Shown here in pieces: positions 34,791-40,918 of a DNA stretch of 40,918 bases (its first letter is position 1; the number at the start of each line of letters is the position of its first letter). A model generated the notes under the pieces. That model worked only from the letters and a program-made list of their open reading frames with translations, had not been told where the DNA came from and searched no databases. The DNA is from a virus. Taxonomy: Duplodnaviria > Caudoviricetes. The stretch is from the IMG/VR virus record IMGVR_UViG_3300045557_000071, positions 1 through 40,918 of that record. One strand, 5' to 3'. The translations under genes were made by a program, and so were the position numbers.

Positions 34791-36209
34791 ATGACTGTAC
34801 AATCAAATCTTTCTAAGCATATCTATGGCGGGAACGGTGTAACTACGGAATTTCCATTCACGTTCCCGATCACGTCGGCCAGCGACATAAAAGTGTATTA
34901 TCAAGATTCCAGTGGCGTTTTGAATCTGTTGACGTCTGGCTATACTGTCAATTGGTCGGATGGGGATGATAGCGGTTCGGTAACTTATCCTGTTGGTGGT
35001 GGATCAACTATACTGCCATCTGGATGTAAGCTGGTATTGCTTCGGGTTTGCGACCAGTTGCAATTGCTCGACCTGTCACAAACAAACGGATTCAAGAAGG
35101 AAGCTATTGAGCGATCCCTGGATCTACTGACAATGATTGTGCAGCAATTATCAGAGCAGATCGAACGAGCAGTTAAGGTCGATGTGGTCGAGACGGTGAG
35201 TCCAGATGTGCTGATAGTGTCATTGCAAAATGCTGCAGCAGCAGCCGTTGCCGCCGCTGCTGTCTCGCAGCAGGCAATGGTATTAATCGGAGAGATTGCC
35301 TCAATTAGTCCAGGAGACGCTGGTAAGACTATTGTTGTCAATGAATCTGAGAACGGCTTTATTCTGGCCAATCTTGTCACTTCGTTTTTGTCGCTGACAG
35401 ACACTCCGGACTCTTATTCTGGGTACGCAAAAAAAGGTGTTCGAGTCAACTCTGCCGGTAATGCTCTTGAGTTCGCCAACTCTGCATCCAATCTTATTCT
35501 CATTGGCCACAGCAACACTTACGTCTGCACTTCCGATGCGGCTTATGCGGCACTGCTCGGCATGCGTTTCATCCATGATTCCATGCGGACACAGAAGGTA
35601 CTGAAGCTTGCCGTGATCGAGAAAGGAAACGGAAACTGCCGGATTTCCGTAACTGATGGGACAACCTCGGTCAATGTGGTCGGGACAAACCAAAACGTCG
35701 GATCATATGCAGTGCAGGAGATGGAACTCGACTGCTCGACACTGACCACAGGACTGCTTTGGACTGTCACGATTGAAGGACAGGCAGTCTCCGGCGAATA
35801 CGAAATGCGTCATTTTTCTTGTCAGGCAGATCCCGCGAACATCCTTGGCGGCTATCCGCTTATTCTTGCCGATCCGGGCGTCTCCCATAATACTGCTACC
35901 CCCACTGTAGTGGATAGACCGTATTGGTTCCCTGTAAATTGGGCGATAGACAATCAGTGCGTCGTTCATGCCAAGGGAACGCTGACCCTTAATTCCGGCA
36001 CAACTGCGACTGTCAAGGTTCGACTGACGGCAACCCGTGATTCTGAAACGACATACGAGGAACAGTCGCAGACGATCACGGCAACAGGTTCGTTTGATTT
36101 GCTGATTGCGTTCCCTAGCATTGTTGCCCCATATGTAAAAACCGAGGTATTCCTGAGTACGGATGGAATGGTAACGCTGGAGCATTTTGAGTGCTGGCTG
36201 GAGGTGTAG
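34791..36209 (+). CDS. Tail fibre base protein (T7 gp17-like N-terminal anchor)
   Basis: Y.GNGVTTEFPFTF.I....DIKV...IERSLD.LTMI.QQL.E; SFLSLTDTP.SY.G motif. Confidence 0.85.
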   Translation: MTVQSNLSKHIYGGNGVTTEFPFTFPITSASDIKVYYQDSSGVLNLLTSGYTVNWSDGDDSGSVTYPVGGGSTILPSGCKLVLLRVCDQLQLLDLSQTNGFKKEAIERSLDLLTMIVQQLSEQIERAVKVDVVETVSPDVLIVSLQNAAAAAVAAAAVSQQAMVLIGEIASISPGDAGKTIVVNESENGFILANLVTSFLSLTDTPDSYSGYAKKGVRVNSAGNALEFANSASNLILIGHSNTYVCTSDAAYAALLGMRFIHDSMRTQKVLKLAVIEKGNGNCRISVTDGTTSVNVVGTNQNVGSYAVQEMELDCSTLTTGLLWTVTIEGQAVSGEYEMRHFSCQADPANILGGYPLILADPGVSHNTATPTVVDRPYWFPVNWAIDNQCVVHAKGTLTLNSGTTATVKVRLTATRDSETTYEEQSQTITATGSFDLLIAFPSIVAPYVKTEVFLSTDGMVTLEHFECWLEV

Positions 36210-36212
36210 GGG

Positions 36213-36833
36213 ATGTGCCGAGTCAATAAAGCACTTGGTCTTGACCCGAACAGCCTTTTTGCAAATTCCGGCACAGTTAGCTTGTTATCCCCATTTGTTT
36301 TTCAAGGAGTTGCGGCTAATACCGGGGCGTTTAAGTCTATGATTTCCCATACAAAAGGGAAGTGGTACTTTGAATGTCGTTTTACATCTCCCGTTGGGGC
36401 AATAGGAGTTTGCAACAAAGCGGGAACTGAACATCGAAGAGTGTACGACTTTGGCGGGACAATTTATTGGTACTCACAAGGTTCTCTTGTTGGAGACTCA
36501 ACTCTTGCAATTGCCACTCAATACGGTGAAGTATGGGGATATCTTGTTGACCTTGATATCAAAAAAATATGGTTCAACACCCCGACAAAAGTTGCCTTTG
36601 GCGTATATTCTCCCGGCGACTTGACATTTGTTGACGGTATAACCCCTGTTCACGCAACGGTGTCTGACGTTGGCGGGTCTTACGGGCCAACAGGATATGT
36701 TAACTTCGGACAAAGACCTTTCAAATACCCCTTGCCAAAAGGGTTCCTACCTTGGAATTACGCAGGAAAAGAAGCGGAGCGGAAACCATTTTTAGTCACC
36801 CCGTCGATCCAACAGTCACTGGGGGTGAGATGA
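36213..36833 (+). CDS. SPRY/B30.2-like domain protein (putative receptor-binding component)
   Basis: KGKWYFEC, IGV, G..VDLD.KKIWF, VNFGQRPFKYPLPKGF. Confidence 0.78.
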   Translation: MCRVNKALGLDPNSLFANSGTVSLLSPFVFQGVAANTGAFKSMISHTKGKWYFECRFTSPVGAIGVCNKAGTEHRRVYDFGGTIYWYSQGSLVGDSTLAIATQYGEVWGYLVDLDIKKIWFNTPTKVAFGVYSPGDLTFVDGITPVHATVSDVGGSYGPTGYVNFGQRPFKYPLPKGFLPWNYAGKEAERKPFLVTPSIQQSLGVR

Positions 36834-37492
36834 TGCTTATTCACAGGTTTCCTCTGACTCCACAATTCGGAGCAATTGATGTTGTTGGTAAAGTAAAGGG
36901 TGTAATCTCTGGCTCTCCGATGTTCACAGGGGAAGGCGTGAAACTTAATGGTGACATTGCAAATCGGATTAACTTCACACTTCCACAAATACCGCAAAAC
37001 ATTACTTGGAGTTGTTGGGCAAAGGCGGGGTTGACACAAACGGCAAAATGGTCTGTGTTTATGTCGGCAAATGCAACGAGTAATAATGGGATTGGTTATT
37101 TCAGCAATGGAACTTCCTACTTTACTGCGTCATGGGCTGCATCCTATCAAGCAATGTCGTCACAAGACCACACCCTACTTCTCAATGGGCTGTTTAATCT
37201 ACTCACCATCACGATAGATTCTTCCCTTGTAATGCGTAGTTATATCAACGGGGTAAAGAAGTATGAATCGACAGTTTCCACCCTCCCAACAAGTCCTGAC
37301 TTTGCTTTCGGTTGTATGGGAGCATTTACCGGGGAACAAATCGGATGGAACGGATTCATTGCCGATGCCAGGATTTACAACAAGGCACTATCGGACACGG
37401 CAGTCAAAGCGTTGTTCTTGCAGGTGATGAACCCACAAAAGCCAATCGACCGCACTTCGCGCCTAACAACCCCATCAGTTTCCCGACTATAG
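36830..37492 (+). CDS. LamG/concanavalin A-like lectin domain protein
   Basis: TWSCWAK, Y.NGV, WNGFIADARIYNKALS...V. Confidence 0.8.
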   Translation: MMLIHRFPLTPQFGAIDVVGKVKGVISGSPMFTGEGVKLNGDIANRINFTLPQIPQNITWSCWAKAGLTQTAKWSVFMSANATSNNGIGYFSNGTSYFTASWAASYQAMSSQDHTLLLNGLFNLLTITIDSSLVMRSYINGVKKYESTVSTLPTSPDFAFGCMGAFTGEQIGWNGFIADARIYNKALSDTAVKALFLQVMNPQKPIDRTSRLTTPSVSRL

Positions 37493-37499
37493 AAAAGGA

Positions 37500-37913
37500 G
37501 TGATAACCATGTCAAAAGTAACAAACGCAATAGACTCTATTATCGCAGCCGACACAACTCTGGTCACGTCAACCGTCACCGTGTTAACCCAAGTAATCAA
37601 TATGCAAGAAGTCCTTTCCGGCAGACTGCAAGTTAAGTTTAAGGCAAGTACTGCACCAGGAACGGGGAAAATCATTCACTTTTATCTGCTTCACTCTCTT
37701 GATAATGTTACCTTTGACGAAGCAGACCTGACCGGAATGGAAGAGATCGGGAACTTCTCGATGCCGAACGACACGAACGATCATGTCCGATCGATCCCGC
37801 TTGATGGTGTCGCCGGAACGGGGATGTTTGCAAAACTTGCAGTGATGTGCGATGCGGCGTCAAACTATGGCGTGTTGCGGTCAGCTGCAATTCTGCGAAG
37901 GAAGGCGAATTAA
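37500..37913 (+). CDS. Hypothetical beta-rich tail-associated protein
   Basis: AAAAGGAG RBS; SLDNVTFD motif; synteny. Confidence 0.7.
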   Translation: MITMSKVTNAIDSIIAADTTLVTSTVTVLTQVINMQEVLSGRLQVKFKASTAPGTGKIIHFYLLHSLDNVTFDEADLTGMEEIGNFSMPNDTNDHVRSIPLDGVAGTGMFAKLAVMCDAASNYGVLRSAAILRRKAN

Positions 37914-37914
37914 C

Positions 37915-38232
37915 ATGCATACGATTTTCACGACTAAGCTCCGTGACCATGGCATTACTGACCAACTCGAGTTCACCCCAGAAGAGTTCGCGCCATTCCA
38001 AGAACAATACGACGCTATTCTGGTGCAGGAAGAACTGGAGAACCAAGTGACCATGCCGGAACCTGACCCCAAAAATGTACTACTCGACACCTATTTAGCC
38101 GACCTTGCGACAATCGACAGGTCATATCTTGCCGCACTTGCCAACGACAGCGATGCGGAAATTCTTTCGGAAATTAAAGCTGAACGTGCAGAAATAACTG
38201 CAACGTATTTGGCTGAAAGGAGTGCTTTGTGA
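37915..38232 (+). CDS. Hypothetical acidic protein (possible fibre chaperone)
   Basis: Acidic helical ORF after the fibre genes. Confidence 0.65.
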   Translation: MHTIFTTKLRDHGITDQLEFTPEEFAPFQEQYDAILVQEELENQVTMPEPDPKNVLLDTYLADLATIDRSYLAALANDSDAEILSEIKAERAEITATYLAERSAL

Positions 38233-38363
38233 TGGAAACTAACAATTCGGCATCGACCAATGCAGTCAGCAAAAGGTGTCCGGTCTGCGGAAAGAAAATG
38301 GTTCTTGACGAAGCGGGTGAAAATTGGGTTTGTCCGATTGACGGAATGACTATTCCTGTATGA
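38232..38363 (+). CDS. 43-aa zinc-ribbon-like peptide (absent from ORF track)
   Basis: METNNSASTNAVSKRCPVCGKKMVLDEAGENWVCPIDGMTIPV; TGATG overlap with upstream stop. Confidence 0.6.
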   Translation: METNNSASTNAVSKRCPVCGKKMVLDEAGENWVCPIDGMTIPV

Positions 38364-38430
38364 GCAGAGGGGAACGACGCCTCCCCTCAGAGGCGCGATT
38401 GTGGAATTGCCGGAATAATGGAGGTGCTTT

Positions 38431-38766
38431 ATGCCGCCAAGCGATGGTGAAATCATTGTGGCCATGTTGCAGGATATTCAAAAATCGGTATCTGCAACAA
38501 ACAAAGAAGTTTCTCAGCTGTCTGGTCGCTTTAACGAATTTAAAGATTCGTGTAAGGGCAAGCATGATGCCTTGGACGATAATCAAACGGATCTCTTTAC
38601 CAGGGTGCGGCAGCTTGAGGAAAAAGAGGCAAAGCACAGCGGAGAGCGCAGCGGTCAACGGGAAAGTGTTGCGTCCAATTCAAAATTTTGGGATCGGGTG
38701 ACAAATTTTGTCGTTGGCGCAATAGGAGCCGTGGTAGGGTACTTATCAAACAACCATCCGAAGTGA
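38431..38766 (+). CDS. Coiled-coil plus C-terminal TM protein (XhlA-like lysis protein)
   Basis: DLFTRVRQLE coiled coil then FVVGAIGAVVGYL; GGAGGT RBS; start of lysis cassette. Confidence 0.65.
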   Translation: MPPSDGEIIVAMLQDIQKSVSATNKEVSQLSGRFNEFKDSCKGKHDALDDNQTDLFTRVRQLEEKEAKHSGERSGQRESVASNSKFWDRVTNFVVGAIGAVVGYLSNNHPK

Positions 38767-38769
38767 GGT

Positions 38770-39135
38770 GTGATCATGGATACTAAAATTATTGTCGGCG
38801 CAATTGTTGTCATCAGTGTGCTATTGAATGCTACAGTGGCGGTAATGGTCTGGGCGCACAGGCGGGTTTCAAATCCAGACGTAAAAGAAGTGCTTGAGTA
38901 CGTTCTGAAGTATTGCGACAAGTTTTGTGATACCGTCGAATTTCCGGCAAGGCGCGCGAAAGCAATCATGGGTTTTCAGTCGATACTTGGACTAGGAATT
39001 GCCGGCAAGCGAATATATTTGCCTACTGTTATTGTTGGCTGGATATTGGATGGCGAGGTAGCTGTTTTACGCTGGCTAAACGTTCCGGATCTGCATCAGT
39101 GGACACCAAATAATAATGAGGAGGCGCAACCATGA
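38770..39135 (+). CDS. Putative holin
   Basis: N-terminal TM helix IIVGAIVVISVLLNATVAVMVW; upstream of endolysins. Confidence 0.55.
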   Translation: MIMDTKIIVGAIVVISVLLNATVAVMVWAHRRVSNPDVKEVLEYVLKYCDKFCDTVEFPARRAKAIMGFQSILGLGIAGKRIYLPTVIVGWILDGEVAVLRWLNVPDLHQWTPNNNEEAQP

Positions 39136-39442
39136 AAGAAAAAGATTTGGGTATTACTGAGGTTAGAGGGGCAAAGGCAAACATTCCTAACATTGTTGTC
39201 TATGGTGATGGCGACACCCTCCGCTTGTTGTGTAAGGACAGTTCGCAGGAGCAGGGCTGGATGAAATCGACAAGGTTTGCAATGTAGAGGGTGGCTGCAT
39301 CGTCCAGGTGACAACGCAACAACGGAATCCGGATGGAAGCTATGCGGTGGCGGAGGCTTTGACGTATGTTCCTGGTGTTCATATTGACATAGGAGCCAAT
39401 CCGCGAGTACTTCAACCACTGAACTGGCCGAAAGTAGGATAA
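39132..39442 (+). pseudogene. Frameshifted small conserved phage protein (~103 aa if repaired)
   Basis: Frame 0 MKEKDLG...YGDGDTLRLLCKDSSQEQGWMKST stops at 39285-39287; the -1 frame continues KVCNVEGGCIVQVTTQQRNPDGSYAVAEALTYVPG...PKVG to TAA 39442. Confidence 0.75.
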
Positions 39443-39457
39443 GGGAGGGTTTTAATT

Positions 39458-40021
39458 ATGGCGCGAATTTGTCTTGATCCAGGGCATGATGGAGTAATTG
39501 ACCCAGGGGCCGTTGGCCAATGTGGAACGTTTGAATCTGATCTTGCCCTGGCTGTATGTCAGTACGCGAAAGAGTTTCTGGAAGCGCAGGGACATCAGGT
39601 CACGCTCACCAGGTCAGCTCCGGATGCTGATGTGAATGAACTGGAGGTTAGAACCGCATTGGCGCAGGAGTGGGGAGCCGATTTATTTATTTCGGTTCAT
39701 TGCAATTCATTTTCGGATCCGGAAGCACATGGCACGGAGATATGGACTACCCGGGGGCAAGATGATTCCGACCCGCTGGCCACAGCAATCTTTGAAGAAA
39801 TTCGAAACAATTTTCCGCAGCTTGCGGCGCGAACCGACATGTCAGACGGTGACGTCGACAAGGAAGCCGGGTTTGCTGTTCTGAAGGGCGGCATGCCGTC
39901 GACATTAATTGAATTAGCGTTTATTTCGAATCCGGAAGAAGAGTTGCTGATGAGCAATCCGGCGTATCAAAAATTGTTTGGGTATGCGATCGCTGCCGGG
40001 ATCCAGAGGTATGCGGCATGA
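39458..40021 (+). CDS. N-acetylmuramoyl-L-alanine amidase (Amidase_3) endolysin
   Basis: ICLDPGH, E, FISVHCNS, LIELAFISN zinc/catalytic motifs. Confidence 0.94.
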   Translation: MARICLDPGHDGVIDPGAVGQCGTFESDLALAVCQYAKEFLEAQGHQVTLTRSAPDADVNELEVRTALAQEWGADLFISVHCNSFSDPEAHGTEIWTTRGQDDSDPLATAIFEEIRNNFPQLAARTDMSDGDVDKEAGFAVLKGGMPSTLIELAFISNPEEELLMSNPAYQKLFGYAIAAGIQRYAA

Positions 40022-40539
40022 AAAAGACACTATCTTTTTTACTTATTTTCCTGCTGCTTCTCTTACCGCCAGCGCTGGCAAGCCCGCAGCAAGACTTTTT
40101 AAACCGGGTGGCTCCGGTGGCGCAAGAGATTGTTCCGCAATACGGGTTATTCCCCAGCGTATTCCTTTCCCAGGCGGCACTGGAGTCTGGTTGGGGTCGG
40201 AGCTGGCTCGCAACCAACGTGAACAATTACTTCGGCAGAAAGTGTCTCGCGGATCCATGCGTTGAAGTCTGGACGCCAGAATATCGTGACGGGGTTCGGC
40301 GCATCGAGCCGCACATGTTCCAGGTATACTTGACGCTACCGGAAGCAATTCACGGTTATTGCCGGCAGTTCTTTCGAAAGTGGAAGGACGGAACTTCCGT
40401 ATATAATTTTGATGCCAGAAGTCCGGAGGCTTTTGCGCGGTCGATCTGGCCGACGTATGCCAGTGATCCCAAGTATGTTGATAAGGTGATCCGGATTATC
40501 CGTCAGTATGATCTCACAAAATACGATAGGAGGGAGTGA
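40018..40539 (+). CDS. Secreted GH73 glucosaminidase/muramidase (FlgJ-like)
   Basis: Signal peptide MKKTLSFLLIFLLLLLPPALA; QAALESGWG, NNYFG.K, YASDPKY..K. Confidence 0.9.
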   Translation: MKKTLSFLLIFLLLLLPPALASPQQDFLNRVAPVAQEIVPQYGLFPSVFLSQAALESGWGRSWLATNVNNYFGRKCLADPCVEVWTPEYRDGVRRIEPHMFQVYLTLPEAIHGYCRQFFRKWKDGTSVYNFDARSPEAFARSIWPTYASDPKYVDKVIRIIRQYDLTKYDRRE

Positions 40540-40540
40540 G

Positions 40541-40918
40541 TTGAGTGAGAAGGCTAAAACGATTATTTTCGGTATTGCTTTGCTTGTTGTTTGTATCTGG
40601 TTCACCCGTATGTTTGGCAGCAACGGTGTCGGCAACGGAGCAAGAGATGCTGAGATTATTGACAATCTCGGAAGAATTGAAGCAAATCAACGAAACCTTA
40701 CTGATGAACTCAAGCGATTTGCAGAGGAAACACGTCGCAACATTGCAAGAATTGAGCGCAGTCAAGCGGGAGTTGAGCGAGCTGAAGGCTTCACACGAGA
40801 AGCGATTGAAATCGGAGCAAGAAGCGATAGCCTTGTCCGAAAGGCAGCAGAACTTAATATCGAAAGCGAACACATTATTCGTGCAATACTCAAGAGAAAT
40901 GAAAGCAGAGGTCCGTAA
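40541..40918 (+). CDS. Putative i-spanin (Rz-like)
   Basis: N-terminal TM (IIFGIALLVVCIWF) then long coiled coil; follows endolysins; TTG start after AGGAGGGAG. Confidence 0.6.
   Translation: MSEKAKTIIFGIALLVVCIWFTRMFGSNGVGNGARDAEIIDNLGRIEANQRNLTDELKRFAEETRRNIARIERSQAGVERAEGFTREAIEIGARSDSLVRKAAELNIESEHIIRAILKRNESRGP

Larger units (their letters stand above)
1..40918. mobile_element. Temperate prophage with podovirus-type (BPP-1/epsilon15/T7-like) virion module
   Basis: Complete gene order int-cI-cro-early-replication-terminase-portal-capsid-short tail-ejection proteins-fibre-lysis; no tape measure, tail tube or sheath gene recognised. Confidence 0.95.

Noticed and set aside
34791-38400. Diversity-generating retroelement (expected from BPP-1-like architecture)
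   Set aside because: No reverse transcriptase or Avd ORF and no TR/VR pair differing at adenines was seen in the window; sequence beyond the window cannot be assessed
1-40918. Genome-wide TAG stop-codon reassignment
   Set aside because: TAG serves as the normal stop of many genes (8262, 23163, 24404, 26734, 34779, 37492) and long ORFs are not fragmented; only one internal TAG was found

Overview
The whole window is one temperate prophage of about 41 kb, running from the integrase stop codon (nt 1) to the stop of a spanin-like gene (nt 40918); no att sites are visible. Its layout is: lysogeny module on the minus strand (integrase, small membrane protein, exported TPR protein, LexA-type CI), a CI/Cro switch with six ATTAC-N7-GTAAT operators, early/accessory and replication genes, terminase, a podovirus-type virion module (BPP-1/epsilon15/T7-like order: portal, scaffold, capsid, cement, tail tubular A/B, three ejection proteins including a 2678-aa polyvalent protein), a split receptor-binding module, and a lysis cassette with two endolysins. 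Strong AGGAGG RBSs, a consensus sigmaA promoter and Firmicutes-type early genes, together with a spanin-like gene, suggest a diderm Firmicute (Negativicutes-like) host; this is inference. The most notable points are a Tad2/DUF2829 anti-defence gene right after cro with a convergent orphan Cas2/VapD-like gene, a modular giant ejection protein, an orphan gene inserted in the head operon, and three lesions confined to accessory genes (an in-frame TAG, a microhomology deletion fusion and a 1-nt frameshift). All family assignments come from motif recognition and synteny, not database searches. No CRISPR array, reverse transcriptase/DGR, tRNA or rRNA was seen.
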